64,000 bases of DNA from Macrostomum lignano (lineage: Eukaryota), in NCBI GenBank assembly GCA_002269645.1, contig NIVC01000568.1, positions 186,001 to 250,000 of the forward strand, in the 5' to 3' direction. The notes under the pieces were generated by a model. It was not told where the DNA came from, did not search any database, and was given only the letters and a program-made list of their open reading frames with translations. A program made the position numbers and the translations under genes. Positions 51,801 to 63,270 of the stretch are shown piece after piece; within the stretch, counting starts at the first letter, position 1, and each line of letters begins with the position of its first letter.

Positions 51801-52991
51801 ACTGGGGATCTGGCAGGGTAGCGGTGACCTAGCAACTGGGGATCTGGCAGGGTAGCGGTGACCTAGCAACTGGGGATCTGGCAGGGTAGCGGTGACCTAG
51901 CAACTGGGGATCTGGCAGGGTAGCGGTGACCTAGCAACTGGGGATCTGGCAGTGTGGCGGTGACATAGCAACTGAAGATCTAGGAGTATGGCATCTCAAT
52001 TAGAGGAACTGGAAAGATATCAGCTGACAATATGGGGATCTAGAAGGGTCATCAGACTGCCAGCCCTCACCTAGCACTGGGATTAGTAGTGAGCAGATTG
52101 GCGCAGTGCTGCAGCAGGCTGACAGGCGGCGAGCCCAGCCCGGTGGCCAGTTGCACGCGGAGCAGCTGCTCCTTCTGGACAGCAACTGGGGATCTGGCAG
52201 GGTAGCGGCCCCTAGCAACTGGGGATCTGGCAGGGTAGCGGTGACCTAGCAACTGGGGATCTGGCAGTGTGGCGGTGACATAGCAACTGAAGATCTAGGA
52301 GTATGGCATCTCAATTAGAGGAACTGGAAAGATATCAGCTGACAATATGGGGATCTAGAAGGGTCATCAGACTGCCAGCCCTCACCTAGCACTGGGATTA
52401 GTAGTGAGCAGATTGGCGCAGTGCTGCAGCAGGCTGACAGGCGGCGAGCCCAGCCCGGTGGCCAGTTGCACGCGGAGCAGCTGCTCCTTCTGGACAGAGT
52501 TGCCGTGAACGGCGTGCAGCAGGGAGACAGCGGCCAGCCAGGCCGTGTGCGAGTCGCTAGAGAACAGGCCGGCGCAGAGCAACTGGCCAGCAGTGATGCT
52601 GCTGGTAGCTTCGGCCGACGCCGGCAGCAGGGTGCTGACCACAGCCGCTTGACCGTCGGGATTGCGGAACAGATAGGACTGGAATGCGTACAGCACGGCT
52701 AGGCGCAGGGGGAACGGCTGCTTTTCGTTCACCTGGATTTGTTAGAATTGTGTAAGCTAATTTATTTCAATCTGGGCGCTTGATAATAATACTCCTATAA
52801 TAGAATAATAGGCTTGGAATGCTACTGTAAGTAGAGAACTAGGATTCGCAATGCAGGCTTAGGTGTATATAGAAAACTTTTTTTGGTGAATGGAGTATTG
52901 CTCAAGATCAGATACAGTGACTACTGATGCTCGGAGAGCCAGACAGACACAGAGGGACAGAGAAGATGATGTACATCATTCAGCCGGATTC

Positions 52992-53041
<50 letters not shown>

Positions 53042-53097
53042 GGACAGCCAGACAGAAAGACAGACAGACATAGACAGACAGAAATAGCCAGGTAGAC

Positions 53098-53146
<49 letters not shown>

Positions 53147-56100
53147 GTGGCAGACATAGACAGACAGAAAGACAGACAGACAGACAGACAGACAGACAGG
53201 CAGACAGACAGGCAGGCAGACAGGCAGGCAGACAGACAGACAGACAGACAGACTGGCAGACATAGACAGACAGAAAGACAGACAGACAGACAGACAGACA
53301 GACAGGCAGACAGACAGGCAGACAGACAGACAGACAGACAGACAGACTGGCAGACAGGCAGGCAGACATAGACAGACAGAAAGACAGACAGACAGACAGG
53401 CAGACAGACAGACAGACAGGCAGACAGACACAGACGGTAATGGGCTGACGCAGGGAAGAATAAGAAGGCTCAGAAGCAACACAAGAAAGATTACCATAGA
53501 TATAAGCAGCACAACGATGGCCGGCCGAGGCGGATTAGCGGGCGCTTCAACTGCTGCTAGAAACTTCTGCGCCTCCTCGTAGCCGCGAATGCACTCGGCG
53601 ACGGTGTTGATGGTCTCGGCCAGCACCTCGGCGGGCACGCCGCTAGCCATGAGGATCGCGGTGAGGCGGGCCAACAGGCCGCACTGCAGGATGGCCCGCT
53701 GAGAGGCTCGCGTGTTCTGGCTGGCATTCTGAGGCGACACCAGGACTCGAATTACTGACAGCATTTGGAGCACGTTGGTTACGCGTTGGGTTGACCTGCG
53801 GCGATTGTATGGCAACGTGTTAATAGAGTTACAGCAGGACTTTTGTTCCGTAATAAGGATACGGCAGCTGAGGGAGGCCGTAGCCTAGTGGTCTGGCGCG
53901 ACGTTCTTGCGGTCGCATTAACTTGTGGCTGATATTGAAATCCCGGCTTGGCTTTACTTGTGCAATTAACGGCCTTGAGGGCCAACCCCCCCCCCCCAAA
54001 ACACAGTGAGTGTACAGGCCTAACAATTAGAAAGTCAGGGGTCGGCGGAATGGGCAGTAATGCGCCTTTCGCCGGTTGCGCGACAATGTCGTTTAAAGTG
54101 CGCCAGGGTGCACACATCCCCTGCAGACACGCACAGACATACCAGCCTTCAGCATCGCTGCCACCGGCGCCGCCCTCGTCGCCAGAGTCGGCATCCTCAA
54201 AGAACACGGGCAGCTGGGCAATGTAGGAATTCTCCCTAAACAGGGTCTGGTTGGGCGGATTAGATCGCAGCAAGTTCAGCAGGATGCGCAAGCAGTCCTC
54301 AACAACAACTCCGCCGTGAGAGCAGCCCTCCGCCGAGATAATCTCCAACAGGCGAGGAAAAGCGTCCTCGAACACGATAATCTTCTGTATGTTAGTGTTG
54401 GTCCTGGTCAGGTGCACCAGCAGCAGGATGCCGAGGTTTCTCACGTACTCGCGCTGATCGGTGAGCACGTCAATCAGCCGGCCGCAGCCCTGCGGAAAAG
54501 TGAGTATGTGCTCCTGAGTGGCCTTGGTCTGGGACTCCAGCAGGGCGGCCAGGGCGCGAAGGGCCGGCACCCGGACTCGACTGTCGGTCTCGTCGATGCA
54601 CTCCAGCACCAGGTGCACGTTGGCAGACTGTTTGACAAATATCTCGGCGAACTGGCTGCACAGCTCAGCTTGGCCAGGCTCCGCTTCTTCCTGAAGTAGC
54701 CGAAAATGCACGACTTTCTTAATAACACTACTGTAAGTAATACAATCTCCCTCACCGATCCTTTAGTGAGCACTGAGCAACCCCTATCCCAGTGCTTCAG
54801 TGAGCACTGAGCAACCCCTATCCCAGTGCTTCAGTGAGCACTGAGCAGCCCCTATCCCAGTGCTTCAGTGAGCACTGAGCAACACCTATCCCAGTGCTTC
54901 AGTGAGCACTGAGCAACACCTATCCCAGTGCTTCAGTGAGCACTGAGCAACCCCTATTCCAGTGCTTCAGTGAGCACTGAGCAGCCCCTATCCCAGTGCT
55001 TCAGTGAGCACTGAGCAACCCCTATCCCAGTGCTTCAGTGAGCACTGAGCAACCCCTATCCCAGTGCTTCAGTGAGCACTGAGCAGCCCCTATCCCAGTG
55101 CTTCAGTGAGCACTGAGCAACACCTATCCCAGTGCTTCAGTGAGCACTGAGCAACACCTATCCCAGTGCTTCAGTGAGCACTGAGCAACCCCTATCCCAG
55201 TGCTTCAGTGAGCACTGAGCAACCCCTATCCCAGTGCTTCAGTGAGCACTGAGCAACCCCTATCCCAGTGCTTCAGTGAGCACTGAGCAGCCCCTATCCC
55301 AGTGCTTCAGTGAGCACTGAGCAACACCTATCCCAGTGCTTCAGTGAGCACTGAGCAACCCCTATCCCAGTGCTTCAGTGAGCACTGAGCAACCCCTATC
55401 CCAGTGCTTCAGTGAGCACTGAGCAACCCCTATCCCAGTGCTTCAGTGAGCACTGAGCAACACCTATCCCAGTGCTTCAGTGAGCACTGAGCAACACCTA
55501 TCCCAGTGCTTCAGTGAGCACTGAGCAACCCCTATTCCAGTGCTTAAGTGAGCACTGAGCAGCCCCTATCCCAGTGCTTCAGTGAGCACTGAGCAACCCC
55601 TATCCCAGTGCTTCAGTGAGCACTGAGCAACCCCTATCCCAGTGCTTCAGTGAGCACTGAGCAGCCCCTATCCCAGTGCTTCAGTGAGCACTGAGCAACA
55701 CCTATCCCAGTGCTTCAGTGAGCACTGAGCAACCCCTATCCCAGTGCTTCAGTGAGCACTGAGCAACCCCTATCCCAGTGCTTCAGTGAGCACTGAGCAG
55801 CCCCTATCCCAGTGCTTCAGTGAGCACTGAGCAACACCTATCCCAGTGCTTCAGTGAGCACTGAGCAACACCTATCCCAGTGCTTCAGTGAGCACTGAGC
55901 AACCCCTATCCCAGTGCTTCAGTGAGCACTGAGCAACCCCTATCCCAGTGCTTCAGTGAGCACTGAGCAACCCCTATCCCAGTGCTTCAGTGAGCACTGA
56001 GCAACCCCTATCCCAGGGCCTCAGCAGTCGCACACCTGAGGATCACAGCTAACAATATTGAGCAGGGACTCCAGCGAGTAGCTGCAGAGGTCTGGATCGC

Positions 56101-56329
56101 TGCGGTCCTTCTCCAGCACGTCGCACAGCAGCCGCATAGCCTGGGTGCCAACTTCTAACCGGAATTTCTTCGACAAAGATTTTATAGCTCGCAAAGCGTC
56201 GCGTCTGTCGTCAATAAGTGTGGAGGACTCTAGCCGGTGGCAGAGTTTTTCAACTGTATCAGCGCCGCTAGGGGCTTCGCCGCCGGCACCGCCAGCACCG
56301 GATGCTTGAAAATAACTCCATAGAGACAT
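48875..56329 (-). CDS. USO1: USO1/p115 general vesicular transport factor, 937 aa; exons 56329-56036, 54690-54143, 53795-53495, 52732-52386, 51208-50932, 50514-49870, 49276-48875
   Basis: TVEKLCHRLESSTLIDDRRDA, IQKIIVFEDAF, GGVVVEDCL, PPRPAIVVLL..MVNEKQPF, QKEQLLRVQLAT, C-terminal coiled coil with EDLLVLLSDQD and acidic tail; 2814 nt with consistent phases. Confidence 0.96.
49330..49757. repeat. 24-bp minisatellite (GAGTGACTCAGGTCTAGGATGATG) in the last USO1 intron
   Basis: PESLHHPR periodic translation. Confidence 0.95.
50640..50915. repeat. 22-23-bp minisatellite (GAGATGGTGTGACAGCACTGGG) in USO1 intron
   Basis: Tandem periodicity. Confidence 0.9.
51285..51960. repeat. 35-bp minisatellite (GATCTGGCAGGGTAGCGGTGACCTAGCAACTGGGG) in USO1 intron 4
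   Basis: Tandem periodicity. Confidence 0.95.
51950..52497 (-). repeat. 315-bp tandem duplication containing the 3' part of USO1 exon 4 and its donor
   Basis: QKEQLLRVQLATGLGSPPVSLLQHCANLLTTNPSAR is encoded twice (ORF ends 52067 and 52382). Confidence 0.92.
52995..53430. repeat. (GACA)n microsatellite in USO1 intron 3
   Basis: Direct reading. Confidence 0.95.
53872..54125 (+). mobile_element. tRNA-derived SINE, copy 3 (internally deleted), antisense in USO1 intron 2
   Basis: GGCCGTAGCCTAGTGG head; shared GAGGGCCAACCCC, GGGGTCGGCGGAATGGGCAG and AAAGTGCGCCAGGGTGCACACA blocks. Confidence 0.8.
54765..56015. repeat. 34-bp minisatellite, roughly 37 copies, filling USO1 intron 1; each unit holds a 7-bp hairpin
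   Basis: Unit AGTGAGCACTGAGCAACCCCTATCCCAGTGCTTC; CAGTGCT/AGCACTG stem with 6-nt loop. Confidence 0.97.
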
Positions 56330-56705
56330 GGCGTTATCTCGCTGCCTGCAAAACAGTTTAACTTATTAATATTGTGCGATTTATTTAATAACCTTAAGCT
56401 TTCACTGTATAGAAAGAGAAACAATATAACTATATGTAACATGTTAATTATCCCATTATTAGCATCTGTCATTCCATTTGACTTCTTAATATTATATTTG
56501 TCCTCATCATAAATTAACCTGTGTGGCATTGTACCTACCTACTTCATAGTAGCTGTGTTAATGATATAACCTTAAGATCCTTATGCCAAATTAGACTGCT
56601 AAGATCTAGATTTTTTACATCAGTACGTCATGACGCATCAACACTAATTTTAGAATGCTAAAAGGCTTTATAAATATTTAATAACTGCCCGAATTTGATT
56701 TCAAC

Positions 56706-57710
56706 AAGTGGACCGTTGCGCAAATCGTGCCAGTCCCGAAGAAGGCAGGGACAACGCGGAAAGAAGACCACCGCGGGATCTCTCTGATGTCCTGCACCGC
56801 GCACTCCTCCGTGTCATCGAGGAGGCGCGCATCCCCCAGTCTACGCTGATCATTGTCTTCGTTGACATTCGAAAGGCGTTTGACTCGGTGTTGAGAGCCG
56901 CGCTTCCCTTTGTCCTTTGAGCCTACCAGGTCCCACAGCAGCTAATCGACGCTATCATGTCACTGTATCGCGATACTCGAGCTGCTGTGAAGACGGCTTC
57001 CTGCTGCGCAGACGCATCGCTCGCTGTCACGGCGAAAAGCGCCTGAGCGTGCTTGGCTACGCCGACGACCTCGCCCTCCTGTCCTCATCCGTTAAAGGCG
57101 CCCAGCGCCAGATCGACAGGCTGGTCGAGGTGGCATCAGCGTCGGTCTGGTTGTCAACACGTGCCATACGTGGAGGAAGACCGGCGGTGCAGAGGACTTG
57201 CCTGGGCGGCCTTCTGTTCTATCCGGCCCGACCGCCAGAAGGCTCGGCTGTGGTCGAAACTGTCCTGCTATACAACGCCGAGATGTGAATGCTGACGGCT
57301 ATTTCGGCTATGTTGGAGCGGCAGCTGGACTCGGTGCACTCAGGGCTGCTCTGTGCCACCTTTCGAGCTGACGAGAGCGTCGGGACCGAGGCCCTGTAAG
57401 ATCAGGCCAAGCTGCAGCGCCCATCCATCATTCTGCACCAGCGGCGACTTCAATTGGCAGGCCACATGATCTGGGCCAAAGGCTGCTGCCCCCAACCTGT
57501 TCAGGACGTCCTGCTGCTCACCTTGCAGGGCCTTTTCAGGTGGGGTCAGGCCTAAACCTGTTAATACGTATACTGCCTGCTAAGTGACGCTGGGTGCCTG
57601 ACACTGACAATGGGGCAGACTTGTCTATTTTCACACTCTGTAGCACATCATCTGATGTGCCCTGCTCTGTGAACTTACATGCAGTGCTGTGCATTTTATT
57701 GTTGTTGTTT
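56706..57710 (+). mobile_element. Degenerate, internally deleted non-LTR retrotransposon (RTE-like reverse transcriptase remnant)
   Basis: KWTVAQIVPVPKK, HRGISLMS, VFVDIRKAFDSV, AYQVPQQLIDAIMSLY, GYADDLALL and VLLYNAE are spread over different frames with stops; short (TTG)n tail. Confidence 0.85.
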
Positions 57711-58379
57711 CTTGGCTTAGATAAAAGACAGACAGTTATCATTATTTTATTTTAAAAAATTCTCTAAGATAGATATGCTATGACCATAGATCATGACATT
57801 TTAATGCAAAAACTCTACTAAACTATGATAGCCAAGGCCTAAAATGGCTACACAATGTTTAGTGAAGTAATGTTTTGGAAAAGTATTTTAATTATTTGAC
57901 AAATTCATTTTTGAGGGCCTTTTCACTTTAAAGACACAATGCAATAAATTAACTAGCAATAAGAATTTTTAATACCTAGTGGCAATTCAAACTACTTTGT
58001 AAAAATCAAAACTTTATTTTGCTAGTTTTTTTAAACACAATATTTGGAAATCATAACAATTTTTGAAGCCCTATTTCCTAAAAAGAAAATTGTAAAAAGG
58101 TAAAAAAAATTATCAAATACATATAATCAATTATTGCATATGTTCTAATCAATAAGAGTGTTGCAAGTTTTTAAATCACATGACTATAATGCAGGTACAC
58201 CCTATAGGAAAAAGTTGTAAAACTGCGGACGGCATCTGGCATACTTTTGAAATTTTTCTAAAGCGCAGTGGGCGCACGGTGCCCTTCCTTGCTGGCTGCT
58301 GCTCAAGCAAATAAATATACATGGAAGGGGGCCTAATACCTCTGTAGAAGGAGCCTATACACTTGTCATTTATAATACC

Positions 58380-58709
58380 TAGCGATGTTCCAAAATTTCA
58401 ATTTCAATTTTCCAAAATTCAAAATTTTAAAGAGCAAATTTTGATTTTGAAAAAAATCAGAAGTCAAAATTTCAAAAGTGTCTAAGTGGCTAAAAATAAA
58501 CAGCAAGTAATTTCTGCTACATATACATGTATTTTGTTTTGCATAAGTAGTAAAATATCAAAACGTAAAAAGTAAGTGTTAGTCATATTAAACTTTGTTT
58601 TTCTTAATTGTGATTTCGGAAGTTTCAAGTTCAATTTTGGAAAGTTATCAAATTTCGATTTTGATAGATTGAAATAGACGATTTCGTCAATTGCAATGGA
58701 ACATCTCTA
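58380..58709. mobile_element. Old hAT-type MITE (~330 bp)
   Basis: TIR TAG(C/A)GATGTTCCA; decayed 8-bp TSD ATAATACC/ATAATGCT (6/8). Confidence 0.55.
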
Positions 58710-59949
58710 ATAATGCTAAAGCGCAGTAAAATAATTTGACTCTACTCTAAAGCGTGCGTTCGCGGGTTTTCAACTTTTATTCCAATAGGGCAGGTACATA
58801 TAACATATTATAGGCTATATTATAGACTACTTAGACCCAATGTGTGAAGGGATTCCTACTTACCTTTGTTACTTTTAACATTTTTTTAAAGTAAAAGCTT
58901 GCTTTCTATTTGTTATTTATTCTCATATTTGCTTTTTATTGGTTTTTTTTAACATTTAAAATATATATAATTGCAATACTTCTTTGTATTATACTTTTTT
59001 GTATTTGCCAAAATGTTAATAATACTTTGTTAAAACATTACTTTTGTGATTTGTGAAAACATTACTTTGTCAAAATGTCATATTGTGGTGGCCAGACTAT
59101 ACATGACAGGCAAGCAACAGTGCAACTGCACTAGAAAACCCCCAACCTCTGTCTAGTCAAGGTGGGGTGGGTGCACACCAAGCTAGCTGGGTTGCTAAGC
59201 TAGGGGGTTAGTGTAGCCTATCATGCTACATTACCTTTTTGCATCTCCTTAGGCCCTTCAATCTTGCACTATTTGTAAATATAAATATATGTGCAAAGCA
59301 ACACAAAATCTTTGCTGCCATTCTATCTATTAAACTAAAAAGGCTTTCTGCCTCAATATAGCTATTAAAATAATATACTATTGTAGTGTACTTCAGTAGC
59401 TTAGGTAGTCTATGGACCTGAAGCCACCCAGAGTTTGAGATGGATTCCAATGAGTCTTAAAATGCTAGCAATAGAGATTTAATATATCTTAAGTTAAGAT
59501 AACTAGCATTGTTAGAGAAAAACATTGAATTAATATGTTTTTGCCCCTGATTGGTGACAATGGCCTTGATATTTATAACATCTTAGAGACAAAAATAGAA
59601 AAGGAAACAATAGAAAATACAATAGCAAAGCAACTAATAGCTTTTGATGAACAGTTGGAGCTTTTCAATAAGCGTTTCAATCTGTGTACAAGTGAAATCT
59701 TTGAGCATTTAAGTTCTAAGAATACAACTAGAAGGAAAAAAGAGTCTAAGCCAGTTTATCTATTTATGCCTAATTAAAATGCCTAGTTAAAATGTATAAT
59801 ATTTCAAAACAGAAAGAAAAAATGATTTAAGAGAAGATTGTCCTGGCTGCAACAACTCATGAATATAAAAGCAACTATTTTAGAAACCAGATCTTGACCT
59901 AAGAATGGCAATTGACATATGCAAAGCTACAGAGTCTATATGAATATAA

Positions 59950-60670
59950 TCCACTTTGGTAACTACCACTTTGGTAATAAAAAATGACACTTTAGTAATA
60001 GCCACTTAGATAACAAAGTAGATTTATGAGATAAAAGTCCACTTTGGTATAGCCATTTTAGTAATAGCCACTTTGGTAACAAGTGAGAATAATATAATTT
60101 ATATTAATTGATATGCTCCAAAAAGATATGTGAACAAAATTATAAAGAAAGAACAATGAAACATATGCATGCATACCTGTATGTGTTTAACTTGTTTAAA
60201 AGTGTTTTAACTAATCTATTTTAATTTCTAAATAAGTCAGATTATATACACTTGAAGATATCCTATAATTGACCAAATTTTGTATATCGTGTACATTAGA
60301 ATCTCTGATCCAGTTAGCGAATAGCAACTTAAAATACAGAATCTACTTTTTTCTTCATTAGTTATTTAAAAAAATTCCAATGTATGTATGAGAGCTTGCT
60401 TTGCTTAATTTCTTTGCCTTTAAATTTTTATAAAGTTAATGCGCAAGTTTAAACAAAGTATAATATAGTTTAATTAGAAAGTTTAATGATATGTGCAATA
60501 AGATATTTGAGATGTTAATTATGAAACTAATTATTTTTAAACCTACTTATTATAAAAATAAAGTGTTGACAGTCGTAAATGTGTTTTGTTACTGAAGTGG
60601 CTATTACCAAAATGGCTATTACTAAATTGGACATTATTTGTTACCAAAGTGGCTATTACTAAATTGGACT
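59950..60670. mobile_element. Foldback/MITE-like element with inverted clusters of a short repeat
   Basis: Several (G)CCACTTTGGTAA copies at 59950-60080 face their reverse complements (TTACCAAAGTGGC) at 60590-60670; ends and TSD unresolved. Confidence 0.45.
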
Positions 60671-61250
60671 CTTATTGTCTGCATGACACATGAATGAATG
60701 AATGGCCTAAATGTTATAAAGCTATCACCTCTAGTTCTAGTAGCATCTTAGTAACAACAAATCTACAACTCAGAGTGCCTCGTATTGAGCAAAGCATCCT
60801 TACTTAGATAAGAATTAGGCCTAAATCCTTTTGCTTTTAACACAAACTTTAAAGAGATTTAGATTTTATTGTATAGGCCTACAATTTTTTAAAGAAAAAA
60901 TTTCATGCAAGGTTAGGCATACTTGTCTTAGGTTAGGCCAAGAATTTGATGCTGTTAAAGCCAATAACAGAATCAAAAGCTTTAAGCGAATTCATAATTG
61001 CTTTAAACAACTCAAGGTCAAGTATTTTTAACTAAATAATAATAATAAAGACATAGGAACTTAACTTTAGAACTTTATTCTGCCATTTTTTATTAGGCCC
61101 AATTATCTCCACATGGACAGCCCTACATAGCTCCAGTCATGCTGATAGTAATACAGTAATATATTTACAGGCATCGCCGACGCCAACATATACATAGGGT
61201 CTCAATGACAATAATAAGTTAATAAGGCATCAGCATCGGCTATTCGGCCA

Positions 61251-62354
61251 ATGGGTAAATTTCCTATTGAGACAGAAAATTTAGCAATTCAAACGATCGT
61301 CTGTACCTTTGTGATTTTTGTTTTTATGGTATTGGATTGATTTCAATTTAAACCCTATTAGTATTTCTATACCTGTGTTAGAGCATTCGGCCCCCATGCA
61401 AGTTTTAACGTAAGCATACTAAATTTTAAGTAAAAAATACGCTTTGCTGTTATTGCACATTTTTTTATTTAGAACATTATTATTTTTGTCAATCTTAGTT
61501 GAAAAATTATTTTGCAGCTTTATTGCAACTTAGTATTTTAAATTTTGTTATATACAGTAGAGCCCGTAAATAGTAATGACAACAAATTAGGAAAATGTTC
61601 ATCTCTCAGTCTAAAAATCCCATTTATTAGGCCCTATTATGGAAAATATTTCCTTTATATCAGTATGCATGATAATTCATCCTTTTAGGTTACAAGAACG
61701 ACTTTTACCTATAAGTGTATATACACACTATCATGCAATTTAATGCCGTACATATTATTGGGATAGCAATGATACAGTCAGCCAACAGTTGTAAACTCCA
61801 GCTTTACGATTTTTAAGGAAATATACATGTACATGTGATAAGATTCGACAAGGAGTCCCATTAAGTTCTCCTCAGAGCGGAGACCAGCGCGAGGCGGAGC
61901 TTATTCCGACATCAGCACCGCGCCGTTGAGCCGCTGCATGAGGAGCAGACGACTCCCGCTGATGCGGCCAGCGCAGAAATCGCTGCCTGCCTGGCAGAGC
62001 GACCCGACCATCAGGCAGGCGCGGCTCAACATCGAGCGAATCCGCAGAAAACGGCGGCCCACAGGCGACGCTGAAGACGCGTTTGAGCGCCTTCTAGACA
62101 AGCGGCAGCTCAGAGCAGAGCAGCTCAGCAGCACAAAAATTGGGCGGCGGATTGTCAGCTGTGATTCCACATACACGATGACGATCAGAAAGCCCGAGCC
62201 GCTGTACACCCAGTGTGAGCGCGTGTGTGACTGCGTAAATGATCGTACAGTGTACAGTATTGGCTCGCTTGTGTTCCCAGGAGTGAACTCGTGGGCAGTG
62301 AGCTCGCTTGTGGGCAGAATTATCCCAGCGCACGATGTGGGACGATGTCGCTGA
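61251..62354 (+). CDS. Candidate orphan gene: ATG-G exon (61251-61254) spliced to a GC-rich exon from 61876; basic protein MERRPARGGAYSD...
   Basis: ATGG|gtaaat joined to ctcag|AG gives the only open frame; GC-rich island in AT-rich flanks; no family recognised; may splice onward. Confidence 0.4.
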
Positions 62355-62664
62355 GGGAAGACGTTGCGCCATGGGTTCCCACGCAGCCCTCGTGGAAATA
62401 TTTATTCATGCTTGAGCAATGCTTTGCTGAAACGCTTAATAACGCTTACCGATTAATAAATTTTAAATTGAATAAAAGTTTCAATGCTACTAACCATAAT
62501 ATTAAAATACAATTAACATCAAACTTTTAAATACTTTCAAGCAGGGGGGACAGGGGGGGCATGTCCCCCCAGTAAAAGCTATGGGGGGGGCAAGCCATGC
62601 TTTGTCTCCCCACCCACCTTGTGGCCCGTTATGGAAATCAATAATTTTTTTTCAGGGCGACAAA

Positions 62665-63270
62665 ATATAGCCTCTGCGGCGCTAAAATGAGTGCCTGTGG
62701 TGCTAAAATGAGTGCCTGTGGCGCTAAAATAAGTGCCCGCGGCGCTAAAATGAGTGCCTGCGGCGCTAAAATGAGTGCCCGCGGCGCTAAAATGAGTGCC
62801 CGCGGCGCTAAAATGAGTGCCTGCGGCGCTAAAATGAGTGCCCGCGGCGCTAAAATGAGTGCCTGCGGCGCTAAAATGAGATCCTGTTGCGCTAAAATGA
62901 GTTCCTGTTGCGCTAAAATGAGTTCCTGTGGCGCTAAAATGAGTGCCTGTGGCGCTAAAATGAGTTCCTGTGGCGCTAAAATGAGTGCCTGTGGCGCTAA
63001 AATGAGTGCCTGCGGCGCTAAAATGAGTTCCTGTTGCGCTAAAATGAGTTCCTGTGGCGCTAAAATGAGTGCCTGTGGCGCTAAAATGAGTTCCTGTGGC
63101 GCTAAAATGAGTGCCTGTGGCGCTAAAATGAGTGCCTGTGGCGCTAAAATGAGTGCCTGTGGCGCTAAAATGAGTGCCTTCGGCGCTAAAATGAGTGCCT
63201 GCGGCGCTAAAATGAGTGCCTGTGGCACTAAAAATAGTGCCTATGGTGCTAAAATGAGTGCCTTCAGCGC
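62665..63270. repeat. 21-bp minisatellite (GCGCTAAAATGAGTGCCTGTG), roughly 29 copies
   Basis: 7-aa periodic translations. Confidence 0.95.

Noticed and set aside
54765-56015. CRISPR-like hairpin repeat array
   Set aside because: Inter-hairpin sequence is nearly invariant; it is a plain minisatellite.
56626-56635. CGTCATGACG palindrome (CRE-like) upstream of USO1
   Set aside because: A single short motif with unknown TSS; not enough support.
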